From: Eledone cirrhosa
Taxonomy: Eukaryota
DNA length: 64,000 nucleotides
NCBI GenBank assembly: GCA_964016885.1
Contig: OZ024751.1
Coordinates: 23,808,001-23,872,000, forward strand
Reading direction: 5' to 3'
In this document: positions 42,690 through 57,390 of the stretch, in pieces
Layout of the letters: each line of letters starts with the position of its first letter
How positions within the stretch are numbered: the stretch's first letter is position 1
Notes under the pieces: generated by a model
Databases searched by the model: none
Told to the model about the DNA's origin: nothing
The model's input: only the letters and a program-made list of their open reading frames with translations
Program-made: the position numbers and the translations under genes

Positions 42690-43469
42690 TTTTCTGTTAA
42701 ATCATTACAGAACGTCAACAGTTATATTTGATATTCAGATCTGCAACTTCCCAGGTGAACATATGTGGTTAGACACGGAGCCTACAAATGGAGTGGTCAA
42801 TCGTGCATTCAGGGAAAAAAAATCTGATTAACATTATTTCTAGAAATACTCCTGACATGACATATAATTATTCAAATGTACGAGACTCGCATTATTCAAC
42901 AATAAAGGGCGTTGATAAAATAATTAATTAAATGGTGGAGTTTTGGTCATTAAGACAAGGGAAATTAATAAGGTTTAATTTGTGCTGCTAATGATGGAAA
43001 TGTGTATTGATGTATATGTATATGTGCGTACGTGTGTGTATATATATACATATGTATATTGTGCCTTTTAATTTTAATTTTAATTTTAATATTGTTACAA
43101 GTATATTATATTTTATTATATTGTATTACATATAGTACTATAATTCACGCTCTATATAACCACCTTTGTTTAGCTCTAGATTTTTGCTTTGGACTATATT
43201 TGTAATATGGTTCAAAATGTTATCCACCTCCTTAGTGATTTTTATTATAGATTTTTATTATATATTTTTACCCATAATCTTCCAATACTTTAGTGTATGT
43301 ACACTCCATATTCTTCTGAGTTTTCGGCTTGTATTGGCCGATAGTGCTTCTTGTAGTTTTAATTGCCCTGACGAGTCCTTAATAGGACGAAACATTGTTG
43401 GCTAATAAATACTTTTGATGTATTGAAGGCTTCTTTGTTTTATTTTCATAATATTTTCATAATCTTTTC

Positions 43470-43540
<71 letters not shown>

Positions 43541-43829
43541 TATATATTATAGTTATATATATTTCTGTTAAATCATTACAGAACGTCAACAGTTATATTT
43601 GATATTCAGATCTGCAACTTCCCAGGTGAACATATGTGGTTAGACACGGAGCCTACAAATGGAGTGGTCAATCGTGCATTCAGGGAAAAAAAATCTGATT
43701 AACATTATTTCTAGAAATACTCCTGACATGACATATAATTATTCAAATGTACGAGACTCAAATTATTCAACAATAAAGGGCGTTGATAAAATAATTAATT
43801 AAATGGTGGAGTTTTGGTCATTAAGACAA
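42690..43829. repeat. ~270 bp direct duplication flanking a ~600 bp insert copied from ~31264-31845
   Basis: 42690-42958 matches 43561-43829; insert at 42959-43560. Confidence 0.85.
43362..43406 (+). ncRNA. Hammerhead ribozyme, copy of the 31667 family
   Basis: CUGACGA-GUCCU-UAAU-AGGAC-GAAACAUUGUU. Confidence 0.75.
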
Positions 43830-44939
43830 CGTGCTCACAAATCTGTAGAGTTTTTATTGATGATCTGTGTTATCTAAAACGGATTAATGTGTTTTTTACA
43901 TATATATGCAGGAGAAATTATATTTGACATATTTTACATACACTTCAATGAAAACTGAAAGAAACACACACAAACGCTAACACACAAACACACACACACT
44001 TCAGTTAAAAATGATATAAACAAACACTGAGACACAGACGTAGACACAAATACACAGAAATGACACACACACATACACTTACATATATAGATTATATGCG
44101 TTATTATATATATATTATATATATATATTGTATAAAGCACATACACACACACATGCACACACATGCATACACACACACACATGCACACATACACACACAC
44201 ACATACACACACACATATATATATATATATATATTTGAAAAGGGAGTAAGGTTCTATAAAAAAATAGATGTTATAGAGAAAAAGTAGTACTGAAAACAGC
44301 ACGGAAAATATATTTAAACAATGTTTTTCTTTTTTTCTTCTTTGATCCGTCAAAGGGAGATTATTGAAAAAATGCAACGGATAATTCTTTGAAAAAAGAG
44401 ATTTTTATAATATATATAAAATATATAAAATATATAAAATATATAAAATATTACCGGTGTCGATGTATTGGTGTAATCCATGTTATCAAATGTTGATATT
44501 GCAATTAAAAAGAATTAAAATAGAATAAAAAATAAAAAATAAAAATGCAAGTGTTGAAAAGAAGACTGGATCTAAAATGGAACCTTATATATACAGCAGG
44601 TCACAAGCATTAATATACGCTTGTCAGGTCTAAACCTCCAACAGTTTCGATGAGTTAATGTCTCATTAATTCGTCAAAACTGTTAGAGGTTGAGATCTGA
44701 CGTGCGTGTATTAAAATGTGTGACCTTCTCGCTTTCATGCACTCTTTTTCCTCCTTCATATCTTCTTTTCCTTCCTTCGAGTCAAATCACATCTAGTCGC
44801 TGATCTCTGTCGTTCGAGGTAATATTTTACCCAACGCTGCTTCGAGGGTAATTTGCTCTTCTAACAGCTTCCATACGCAGAGGTTTCCCATTTTTCCTGA
44901 GATTAGTCCATTTTGTGGGGAAAGAAAGACAAAAACGAA

Positions 44940-44971
<32 letters not shown>

Positions 44972-45415
44972 GTAGATAAATCTACCAAGAGTTTACGGTA
45001 GTGTCCAATCCGTATGAAGAACTCAATGTATTCCGGATATCATGGAAAGAAGAGATGTAATGAAAAATCACTTTCGGTGAAAGATAAACGGTATACAGAG
45101 TCAAGATAAAATATTAAACAAATAATGAATAAAACAATGAAACAGTTCCTTATATTAAACAAAAAAAGTTCATTATTTAACGATCGTTTCTAGGATATAT
45201 TATTTCTGAAGACGGCGTATATGTGTGTTTGGTATGTATATTTAATCTTGATAGTTTGTATAATTTTGTATAATTTTGTACATAGATCTGTTGAATATGC
45301 ATGACAATTCTAACACATATATATCCTAGAAACGATCGTTAAATAATGAACTTTTTTTGTTTAATATAAGGAACTGTTTCATTGTTTTATTCATTATTTG
45401 TTTAATATTTTATAT
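44972..45415. mobile_element. PLE-end inverted-repeat insertion with ~135 bp tail
   Basis: 45106-45199 is the reverse complement of ~45320-45414; (TA)n flanks. Confidence 0.7.
45198..45348 (+). ncRNA. Type I hammerhead ribozyme with very long stem II
   Basis: 8-bp stem I, CUGAAGA, ~15-bp stem II closing a ~80 nt insert, GAAA, palindromic ACGAUCGU, GUU triplet. Confidence 0.7.
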
Positions 45416-45861
45416 ATATATATATATAAAGAATTAGTATATCTACCAACATATATATACAGATGCATACCTATGCTAACAAATATATAGGTTTTGTCTT
45501 AGTAACTTTGTGGTTCAATGCAAGGGGATGCAGAACAATTATATGAAAGACGTAAAATAAGAAAATTATAAAAATTAACTTACTTACTAAAATTTCACTC
45601 CAACTAATTAGTTTCTGAAAGGGAATAAACATGGTTTCCGAATGGAACACATGGAGAAGGCCTTTCGTCATCAGAAACTAAGAATATTGCTCACCTTTGG
45701 CAGACAATAGATATACCCAGGATACCATAGTGAAATACCAATATATGGAACATTACACTCATGTAACCATCCTTTTTACCTTAATTTATATTCCTTTTGA
45801 AATTTCGATGAACTGCTCCAATTTTACCTAAGTTAATTATCTTCAGCTGAACCAGATATAT

Positions 45862-46051
45862 AATTGTTTCTACTTTTGGCACAAGGCCAGCAATTACCCA
45901 GTACATTACTGGTACTTTATTTTATCGACCCCGTAAGGATGAAAGGCAAAGTCAACCTCGGCGGGATTTGAACTCACATCGTAAAGGGACGTAACTATGC
46001 TGGAAAGCATGGCGTCCGACCCTCTACCGATACTGCCAATACACCGCCCTT
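45862..46051 (-). mobile_element. Full-length tRNA-derived SINE copy
   Basis: Reverse complement of the 1170-1360 unit, including A and B boxes. Confidence 0.85.
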
Positions 46052-46314
46052 CACCGAACCAGATCAATAATGATCTATAATCATTTGATCCAGAAACAGT
46101 ATATGGAGTAGCGAAACAATTGTAAACGGACATTATTAGTATTATTATTACTAATAATGTCACTGGGTAATTACTGGCCTAGTGCCTAAAGTAGAAACAA
46201 TTATTAGTATTATTATTATTATTCTTTACATTCCTACATTAAACTAAAACTATGTTAACAATCCTTTAATAATGTCTTCCTTGTGAAATTTGTGGTCTTG
46301 TTTTGCTTAACTAA

Positions 46315-46370
<56 letters not shown>

Positions 46371-46788
46371 GTGTGTAGTGTGTGACTGCGTGTGTAATAC
46401 AAACTTGGATTACAAAATATTTATCACATATATATTCATATAGAGTTTGCCTGAGAACACCTTTCCTTTTCGTTTGTATCACATATTCTCATATTTTATG
46501 AGACACTTTAACTAGGAATTATAATTCATGAAATAAAATACATTTAAAATATTTCTATTATTGTTTATAGTAAATTCTTATTTAACGACACTATCACATT
46601 TTAGTAACACATCTATAATATTGCTAAGAAAGTGTAAGAGATAATTAGTCTTCTCTACTGGGATAGAACACTGTATGATTGATTTGAGCGTTGACGGACC
46701 TCCGTTGGTTGTAATGGTAAGTGTTATAGTTGTTCCATAAACGGACATATTTATGTCAACTGATTGAACTAGAGTAATTTAGTAATTT

Positions 46789-48485
46789 ACTAGCAGAATG
46801 ACCCGGCGTTGCTCAGGATTCTAGACATAGATTGGGATGTTTATCCCTCCTTTCTAAAACAGTACAGAGAAGTACGGAATACCTCGGCCTAGGGTTGGTA
46901 CCTACATTTTGTGCTTATAAAAAAATCCGTCGTAAATTACCAGGGGTTTAACTTAATTGGGTATCTGACAGTAACATGTTCAACCCACGAAAGCCAAGAC
47001 GATAGGGTTAAATAAAATGGCATTCGACAAACCGAACATGTATTTGTTGTGCTATGGTACAATGAAAGCAACAGTTAGAGAGCAGTAAGCATGTGGGACT
47101 GCAGTGTTGGAGAGTGGTGTGGTCTTACTCCTTTCAATGTTTCGTTGTATGTTCACCAATTGATGCAGAAGTCCTAATGAAAAGTGAAGTCACCTTGGGT
47201 GAATAAACAAATAATTTTCTATTACGATTTTTCAAAAGCATGTAATTGGGTTCCCTCTCTTTTTTGTTGTTGTTTTTGCTGCTGTTTATATTTTGTTATT
47301 GTGTATGCAAAAATATATGTACACGAATATATAATTATATATATATATATATATATTAAAATAACAGATTGAAGTTTAAGCAAAGAATCGCTGCTTTCAC
47401 CTTTAACGGGATCTTCTGAAACTAAAAAAAAATCAATCTGTGAACGCAGAATTAAATATTTCGAAAAACGTTACACACTATATATATATAGACACGCTAT
47501 TTATACATATATACACACACACACAGATAGAGTAATAATGTCGTAATGCAGACAGCCAGACATACCGACAGATATTATACGGGCACGACGTTCGGCGCCT
47601 AATATGGTCCCTAGGGCATTGAACATTTGAAATATGTTTTGCCCAAAACACTCACACGACCATAAGTATTACATGTGTAAAGTTTGAAAATAATCGATTA
47701 GGGGTAATCTTGGGATTTAGGTTCTCGAGACAGACAGACAGACAGATAGACAGACAGACATTCTCTGTTTTAGTTATATAGATATACTAGCATTAAAGCC
47801 CGGCGTTGCTCGGGGTCAGTAAGTTACCAAAGTTAGGTTGCACCACCCATTTTATGGCAGCACTTTTTTGTCTGCCAGGCACTGGGTGAATGAATTGCAG
47901 ACCTGAACTGCCGAAGCAGGAGCTGCGCCAGCAGTGACAATTGTAGTTTCGCCTATGGATACTATATCTGTGCAAAGAAGTGTTGAAATTTATTATTTCA
48001 CAGTACTTGCGTAACACGCGCATAGACGATGCCAGCCAAACAACAGAGCTGTGATGGAGTTGTTCTGCATGGTTGTCTAATGTGTGTTTTCTAAATTTAA
48101 GACAATAGGGAGGGGTGTGATATGGGGGAGAGTTAGCTGCTGTTTCTATCTATTTCTCTCTCCCTCTCCCTCTCTTCTCTCTCTCTTCGGCGTTCCTAAA
48201 CAAAGTTGCAGCATGTATGTAGTTTTATCGATTATAAGGGGAGTAGAGAGAGTTAATCAGATTGTATTAGAGGCGTAAAGCGTCATGTATTTAGTTTTAT
48301 CGATTATTTCCGTAATTGTGGGTGAGTTTGAATAAAATAAATAGTTGTTGACCTAAGTTAAACCATTTACAATATCCTTACAGATTTTGAGTCGAATCGG
48401 TTTGAAATTGTGCAAATGTATAAATATGGAACATGCAATCACACACACACACAACAATAACAATCTGCCTTTTGTAGATACTGAT
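46789..48485 (+). mobile_element. Two tandem non-autonomous Helitron/Helentron-like elements (46789-47783 and 47786-~48485)
   Basis: Shared 5' end ACTAGC...CCCGGCGTTGCTC. The first ends in (CAGA)n followed by TTTTAGTTATATAG. Confidence 0.55.
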
Positions 48486-48683
48486 ATTTGCTCACATAAA
48501 CACACACTTACAATCAAAAGTATACATACATTCACAAACTCATATATGAGTTAAAATAGTGATACTTGCTGAATGTCTTATATTGAATCTGTATGTTTGC
48601 GGATTGATAAAATCGTACTTATTACATAATAGATATAAATGTTTATACACACACACACACACACCCACACTCACACACACACA

Positions 48684-48794
<111 letters not shown>

Positions 48795-49267
48795 GAAAAA
48801 TAGTCAGGATCCCGGAGGCTGAACTCCGGCCGTTTCGACAGCTAGATCCGAATGGTCAGAAAACCTGTTGAAAAACTGAATCCTCTGTTCTATCATGAAT
48901 ACCAAGAGCTTGCCACTCACGTAAGTCTGATTTCGGATTCAAAGAAACACTTTAAACGTATAATCGTTTGATTTGTCCAGGTGTAGTTTTCTCAACCTGT
49001 TAGTTCTATCGTTACTTTGGCATATTATTGTGTGTTAGATTTTGCTTACCACAATGTTCGATTTGTCAAGCTATTTAAACGCATGTTATTACTCTAAGGA
49101 CCCTCCTTATCGAGTGCTTTGCTAACTCATCATTTCATATAAGTAGGCCGAATTTGCTTGCAAACCACCAGAGACTCGATTTTACTAAATTTCCAATTAT
49201 ATATATATATATGTATATATGAAATTTTAGTAAGTAAGTCAATTTTCATAACTTTCTTATTTACGTC

Positions 49268-49407
<140 letters not shown>

Positions 49408-49510
49408 TTATATACATACACAAATATATAAAAAAATATATATACATAAATTAAAAAAAAAAAGAAATATATAAATATATATATATATGTATATGTATAT
49501 ATACACATAC

Positions 49511-49580
<70 letters not shown>

Positions 49581-49624
49581 TAAAAAAACGAAACATCAGT
49601 GATGCATCTGGACTCAGTTTATTG

Positions 49625-49715
49625 CGTGTTACAATTGTTTCGCCGGCAGGTACCTCGAGACATGATCACTGCATGGATCTGGCTGTTTCTAGGACTGCAT
49701 GTTCCTTCAGACACA
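49625..49715 (-). ncRNA. Hammerhead-like motif with variant core (duplicate at 54895-54985)
   Basis: UGUGU-CUGAAGGA-long stem II region-GAAA-CAAUUG-UA/ACACG, inside an inverted-repeat element. Confidence 0.5.
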
Positions 49716-49806
49716 GATAATTCGTTCGGAGCAAACCTGCCTGCGAAATAATTGTAACACGCAACAAACTGAGTCCAGATGCATCACTGATTTTATGGTT
49801 TTTTTA

Positions 49807-49860
<54 letters not shown>

Positions 49861-49963
49861 GTATATGTATGTGTATATATACATATACATATGTATATAT
49901 ATATATATTTATATATTTCTTTTTTTTTAAATTTATGTATATATATATATATATTTGTGTATG

Positions 49964-50014
<51 letters not shown>

Positions 50015-50687
50015 GGCCTTCTTATATGAAATGATGAGTTAGCAAAGCACTCGATAAGGTACGTCCTTAGAGTAATAACATACGTTTAAATAGCTTGACA
50101 ATTCGAACATTGTGGTAGGCAAAATCTAACACACAATAATATACGAATGTAACGATAGAACTAACTGATATATATATGTTTGTGTGTGTGTGTGTGTGAC
50201 AACAGTTGGGGATACGACGATTAATTGATTTTATACCGAAGTATTGACCATTAAAGATATATCCAGTCATATTAATTCGTTGGCTAATATTGAATCTAAT
50301 TAGGGTAATAGCAAGTTTCTTTTGTATCTATTGGAAATAGACAATTGAATAGGGTGTTATATATAATGTGTTTTTAAAACATTTAATATTAATGTATACA
50401 TTGAAAAACACACCCGGCTACACAATACTTTATATTAATTGCTCATTAATATGAAATACATGTTTTTATATTAGATGTCTATATATTACATCTGGCAATA
50501 TAATCAACCCATACATTATATGCGAAATTATGTTTGAAGGCCTTGCGTATCTAAATTAGTGAAATTTGCAACGCAACAAAGGATCCGGGTGCTTTCAGTC
50601 TAGGTAAATATAATTTCGCTAATGGAAACCTATGTTGATATTGAAAAAGTTTAATAGTGTCTAATTAACAGATGTGATCCCTTGTAT

Positions 50688-50696
50688 CTATATAAG
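50688..50696 (+). promoter_or_regulatory. Candidate TATA box ~200 bp upstream of the CR ATG (duplicate ~55770)
   Basis: TATATAAG in unique sequence; the AT-rich background weakens this call. Confidence 0.25.
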
Positions 50697-50889
50697 AACA
50701 TCTCATTTTGTTTTTTCACATTTACTTCATCGTCAAATCTACATGAGATAATATTCGTCAAAAACGTTAAAACAAAATCATTTCAACTATTACCCTACAA
50801 ATTATTCGTTCCCATAATCTGTAATCACACAAAAATACAATCGTACTACTTACCATTGTAAAACAAAACATAGAAAAAATTCAGCTACA

Positions 50890-52044
50890 ATGAAATTATT
50901 ATTATTATTTCTTGTATTTCTCGTGGTCAGAGCAAATCCCACTCAAATCGGAACATTAAATTTCCGGAAGGAATTATTGAAAAATTACGATAAAACCTAT
51001 GTACCTGTTATCAATGAGGGTGACACTTTAAACGTAACTGTGACAGTTACCCCAAAGGATATTATTGATTTCGATACCTTGAAAGGTACACTTACAAGCA
51101 ATCTCATCATTCAATTACAATGGCACGATGAATCTCTATTGTGGAATATATCAAATTATAACAAAACACCCACAAATTTAAGATTGAGAGACATATGGTT
51201 CCCCAACATTCAAATATGTAACAGCGTTTCTGGTATATTCACTTTTGATGATGACAAAATGGTCAGTTTAGAATATGACGGAACCGTTTTCCTAACTATA
51301 GAGAAAATCTTCGAGACCTTCTGCGAAATTAATAATAGAAAATACCCTTTTGATAAACACAAATGCTATTTAACTTTATGTGTTGGATATCAGAGGAAAG
51401 TGGAAGTAATTATAAGTAACTTTTCATTGACAAACTCTAGTAATTTGTCTAAATGGAGCCAATGGAATGTTGATGTTGAGAAAAGTGAATTAATAGGTGG
51501 ACACCTTGGAAAAGCTGATGTTCTAGTGACCATTACAAGGACGACTAAGGTAGAAGCAGTAACTAAAATTATACCAGCTGCAATGTTAACAGTACTAGTC
51601 TTAGCAGTTTATATATTGCCGGCTGAATCTGGAGAGAAAGTTACAGCAGCAATCACCATTTTTCTCGCAAATATTGTTTTTCTTTCTGAAACGACGAAAG
51701 TACTGGGTAATAGGTCTCAAGAGACTTCCATATACTTAGTATATGTCTTAATACTGACATTTATAAGCGGATTTTATTCTTTCGGCGCAATACTTGTGTG
51801 TACATTGCATATCGATCAGAAGGATGTCTACACAAAATTAACGGGAATCAAACGAGGATCAATCGGATTGAAAAATAAAGTTGTTCCCATAGAAACTTGT
51901 GAGGAAACCAATATAAATGTGAAAATTACAAAAAATACTATGAGATCGGTGTTTAACTATAGAATGGTTGACAAGATATGTTTGACTTTTATAGCACTAT
52001 TGCTCCTAGTATTTGTCATTGTATGTATAATCAGTGTTCAATAA
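50890..52044 (+). CDS. Chemotactile-receptor-like Cys-loop channel subunit (384 aa), divergent subfamily
   Basis: Signal peptide, WFPN, Cys-loop [20 protein letters not shown], four TM segments. Confidence 0.95.
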   Translation: MKLLLLFLVFLVVRANPTQIGTLNFRKELLKNYDKTYVPVINEGDTLNVTVTVTPKDIIDFDTLKGTLTSNLIIQLQWHDESLLWNISNYNKTPTNLRLRDIWFPNIQICNSVSGIFTFDDDKMVSLEYDGTVFLTIEKIFETFCEINNRKYPFDKHKCYLTLCVGYQRKVEVIISNFSLTNSSNLSKWSQWNVDVEKSELIGGHLGKADVLVTITRTTKVEAVTKIIPAAMLTVLVLAVYILPAESGEKVTAAITIFLANIVFLSETTKVLGNRSQETSIYLVYVLILTFISGFYSFGAILVCTLHIDQKDVYTKLTGIKRGSIGLKNKVVPIETCEETNINVKITKNTMRSVFNYRMVDKICLTFIALLLLVFVIVCIISVQ

Positions 52045-52288
52045 TATCACATTAGATATACACACGCACACATATACATACGCATATATCTATATCTCCC
52101 CCACTTCTCTCTCTCTCACACACATACTCTCTCTCTATATATATATATACATACATATATATATACATACATATATATATATATATATATACATATATAT
52201 ACATATATATATACATATACATACATATATACATACATACATATATATATATACATACATATATACATATATATATACATATACATAC

Positions 52289-52325
<37 letters not shown>

Positions 52326-52483
52326 TGCATATATATACATATATATATATACATATATATACATATATATATATACATATATATATACATACATACATAT
52401 ATATATATATACATACATATATATATATATATACATACATACATATATATATATATATATGTATGTATATATATATATATATA

Positions 52484-52576
<93 letters not shown>

Positions 52577-52629
52577 ATATATATATATATATATACAGAC
52601 ACAGACATATATATATGGTCACTCAATCA

Positions 52630-53615
52630 TCGAAGTACGATGTACCTGGTAACGATTACACCTTAAACATCAATATCTCAGTTTACACACAGAATATTAT
52701 TGAATTCGATACCCTTAAAGGTACACATACAAACAATCTCATCATTCAATCAAGTTGGCATCATAAAAATCTTGCGTGGAATGAAAGAAGATATAAAAAA
52801 ATATCCACAAGTTTGAAATTGGGTGATATATGGTACCCGACATCTAAAATATGTAACAGCATTTCTGTTAAATTCTCTTTTGATGATGAGAAAAAGGTCA
52901 ATGTACGAAACGACGGAACAAATTCATTAAATATTGACATAATCTTGAATACATACTGCGAAATTAATAATAACTGATGTCCAATAGAATAAGCACAAGT
53001 GCTATTTAACTTTATGTTCAGGACAGGAGAAGGTAACGAAAGTAATTATAAATAATTTTTAATTTTCATACGTAAATCCGTCTGAACGGAATTTGAAACA
53101 ATGTTATTTTTATTTTGAAAACGATTTTTTCCCTAGTCTAAGGGTTGATATTAAAATTTTCGAGAAAAGGAAGATTACGGTTGAAACAATAACTAAAATT
53201 ATACCAGCTGCAATGTTAACAGTGTTAATCTTATCAGTTTAATCTTATATTGCCTGCTGAATCTGGAGAGAAAGTTTCAGCAGCAATCACCATTTTTCTC
53301 GCAAATATTGTTTTTCTTTCTGAAACGACGAAAGTACTGGGTAATAGGTCTCAAGAGAACTCCATATACTTAGTATATGTCTTAATACTGACATTTATAA
53401 GCGGATGTTCTTCGCTCGAGACAATACTTGTGTGTACATTGTATATCGATCAGAAGGATGTCAACACAAAATTAAGGGGAATCAAACGAGGATCAATCGG
53501 ATTGAAAAATAAAGCTGTTCCCATAGAAACGTCTGATGAAATATAAATGTGAACATTGCAAATTATTCTAAGAGATTTTTTTTCAATTATAGAAATGTAG
53601 ATATGATATTTTTGT
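52630..53615 (+). pseudogene. Decayed, 5'-truncated CR-like pseudogene
   Basis: IIEFDTLKG...[11 protein letters not shown]...TYCEINNN* followed by frameshifts and stops, then [21 protein letters not shown]; no signal peptide. Confidence 0.9.
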
Positions 53616-53744
53616 CAGTATGTCTGTTAGGACTGCCAAGCATAATCATGGCCGCGCAGTATCTGTAATCCCACATTATACCTATAAATATGCCTACACA
53701 CACCCATACACCCATACACCCATACACCCATACCCCCCCCATAT

Positions 53745-54018
53745 ATATTATATCCCAAAAGTCAGCTCAAAAGTGACACAGAGGAGACTGAGGTTGGCTG
53801 GACATGTTCACCGACATCCATAGTTGACATTGCACTCAGTGCTCCTTTGGGAGCCCCTACATGGACACACTAGAAGAGGAAGACCAAGGTTAACGTATGT
53901 TGATGCCCTAAGGATAGACACTGGTCTGTTGGAGATACAGGACATGGCAGCGATAATGAGGGACAGAGACCGCTGGAGAGAACTCGTCCATGGATCTCGG
54001 GAATTTTACCCGCCTTAG
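53745..54018 (+). mobile_element. RTE-like LINE 3' fragment
   Basis: RRLRLAGHVHRH...LLWEP..G...RGRPRLTY...DRDRWR. Confidence 0.8.
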
Positions 54019-54076
54019 ATATATATATATATATATATATATTAGAATTGGAGCTCTGAATACATTATATATACAT

Positions 54077-54156
<80 letters not shown>

Positions 54157-54625
54157 AATAGTCAAGATCCCGGAGGCTGAACTTCGGCCGTTTCGACAGC
54201 CAGATCCGAATGGTCAGAAAACCTGTTGAAAAACTGAATCCTCTGTTCGATCATGAATACCAAGAGCTTGCCACTCACGTAAGTCTGATTTCGGATTCAA
54301 AGAAACACTTTAAACGTTAAATCGTTTGATTTGTCCATGTGTAGTTTTCTCAACCTGTTAGTTCTATCGTTACTTTGGCATATTATTGTGTGTTAGATTT
54401 TGCTTACCACAATGTTCGATTTGTCAAGCTATTTAAACGTATGTTATTACTCTAAGGACCCTCCTTATCGAGTGCTTTGCTAACTCATCATTTCATATAA
54501 GTAGGCCGAATTTGCTTGCAAACCACCAGAGACTCGATTTTACTAAATTTCCAATTATATATATATATATGTATATATGAAATTTTAGTAAGTAAGTCAA
54601 TTTTCATAACTTTCTTATTTACGTC

Positions 54626-54669
<44 letters not shown>

Positions 54670-54766
54670 TTATATACATACACAAATATATATATATACA
54701 TAAATTAAAAAAAAAAAGAAATATATAAATATATATATATATGTATATGTATATATACACATACAT

Positions 54767-54849
<83 letters not shown>

Positions 54850-55068
54850 ATAAAAAAACGAAACATCAGTGATGCATCTGGACTCAGTTTATTGCGTGTT
54901 ACAATTGTTTCGCCGGCAGGTACCTCGAGACATGATCACTGTATGGATCTGGCTGATTCTAGGACTGCATGTTCCTTCAGACACAGGTAATTCGTTCGGA
55001 GCAAACCTGCCTGCGAAACAATTGTAACACGCAATAAACTGAGTCCAGATGCATCACTGATTTTACGG

Positions 55069-55099
<31 letters not shown>

Positions 55100-55970
55100 T
55101 CGGCCTTCTTATATGAAATAATGAGTTAGCAAAGCACTCGATAAGGTACGTCCTTAGAGTAATAACATACGTTTAAATAGCTTGACAAATCGAACATTGT
55201 GGTAGGCAAAATCTAACACACAATAATATACGAATGTAACGATAGAACTAACTGATATATATATATATGTTTGTGTGTGTGTGTGTGTGACAACAGTTGG
55301 GGATACGACGATTAATTGATTTTATACCGAAGTATTGACCATTAAAGATATATCCAGTCATATTAATTCGTTGGCTAATATTGAATCTAATTAGGGTAAT
55401 AGCAAGTTTCTTTTGTATCTATTGGAAATAGACAATTGAATAGGGTGTTATATATAATGTGTTTTTAAAACATATAATATTAATGTATACATTGAAAAAC
55501 ACACCCGGCTACACAATACTTTATGAAATACATGAAATACATGTTTTTATATTAGATGTCTATATATTACATCTGGCAATATAATCAACCCATACATTAT
55601 ATGCGAAATTATGTTTGAAGGCCTTGCGTATCTAAATTAGTGAAATTTGCAACGCAACAAAGGATCCGGGTGCTTTCAGTCTAGGTAAATATAATTTCGC
55701 TAATGGAAACCTATGTTGATATTGAAAAAGTTTAATAGTGTCTAATTAACAGATGTGATCCCTTGTATCTATATAAGAACATCTCATTTTGTTTTTTCAC
55801 ATTTACTTCATCGTCAAATCTACATGAGATAATATTCGTCAAAAACGTTAAAACAAAATCATTTCAACTATTACCCTACAAATTATTCGTTCCCATAATC
55901 TGTAATCACACAAAAATACAATCGTACTACTTACCATTGTAAAACAAAACATAGAAAAAATTCAGCTACA

Positions 55971-57125
55971 ATGAAATTATTATTATTATTTCTTGTATTT
56001 CTCGTGGTCAGAGCAAATCCCACTCAAAACGGAACATTAAATTTCCGGAAGGAATTATTGAAAAATTACGATAAAACCTATGTACCTGTTATCAATGAGG
56101 GTGACACTTTAAACGTAACTGTGACAGTTACCCCAAAGGATATTATTGATTTCGATACCTTGAAAGGTACACTTACAAGCAATCTCATCATTCAATTACA
56201 ATGGCACGATGAATCTCTATTGTGGAATATATCAAATTATAACAAAACACCCACAAATTTAAGATTGAGAGACATATGGTTCCCCAACATTCAAATATGT
56301 AACAGCGTTTCTGGTATATTCACTTTTGATGATGACAAAATGGTCAGTTTAGAATATGACGGAACCGTTTTCCTAACTATAGAGAAAATCTTCGAGACCT
56401 TCTGCGAAATTAATAATAGAAAATACCCTTTTGATAAACACAAATGCTATTTAACTTTATGTGTTGGATATCAGAGGAAAGTGGAAGTAATTATAAGTAA
56501 CTTTTCATTGACAAACTCTAGTAATTTGTCTAAATGGAGCCAATAGAATGTTGATGTTGAGAAAAGTGAATTAATAGGTGGACACCTTGGAAAAGCTGAT
56601 GTTCTAGTGACCATTACAAGGACGCCTGAGGCAGAAGCAGTAACTAAAATTATACCAGCTGCAATGTTAACAGTACTAGTCTTAGCAGTTTATATATTGC
56701 CGGCTGAATCTGGAGAGAAAGTTACAGCAGCAATCACCATTTTTCTCGCAAATATTGTTTTTCTTTCTGAAACGACGAAAGTACTGGGTAATAGGTCTCA
56801 AGAGACTTCCATATACTTAGTATATGTCTTAATACTGACATTTATAAGCGGATTTTATTCTTTCGGCGCAATACTTGTGTGTACATTGCATATCGATCAG
56901 AAGGATGTCTACACAAAATTAACGGGAATCAAACGAGGATCAATCGGATTGAAAAATAAAGTTGTTCCCATAGAAACTTCTGAGGAAACCAATATAAATG
57001 TGAAAATTACAAAAAATACTATGAGATCGGTGTTTAACTATAGAATGGTAGACAAGATATGTTTGACTTTTATAGCACTATTGCTCCTAGTATTTGTCAT
57101 TGTATGTATAATCACTGTTCAATAA
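55971..57125 (+). pseudogene. Duplicate of the 50890 CR gene with a single nonsense change (W192*)
   Basis: TAG at 56544-56546 versus TGG at 51463-51465; frame otherwise intact to 57125. Confidence 0.85.
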
Positions 57126-57390
57126 TATCACATTAGATATACACACGCACACATATACATACGCATATATCTATATCTCCCCCACTTCTCTCTCTCACAC
57201 ACATACTCTCTCTCTCTCTATATATATATACATACATATATATATACATACATATATATATATATATATATACATATATATACATATATATATACATATA
57301 CATACATATATACATATATACATACATATATATATATACATACATATATACATATATATATACATATACATACATATATATATACATACA

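Noticed and set aside
52459-52977. 172-aa ORF as an intact gene or exon
   Set aside because: Starts in microsatellite, lacks a signal peptide and stops inside the Cys-loop; part of a pseudogene
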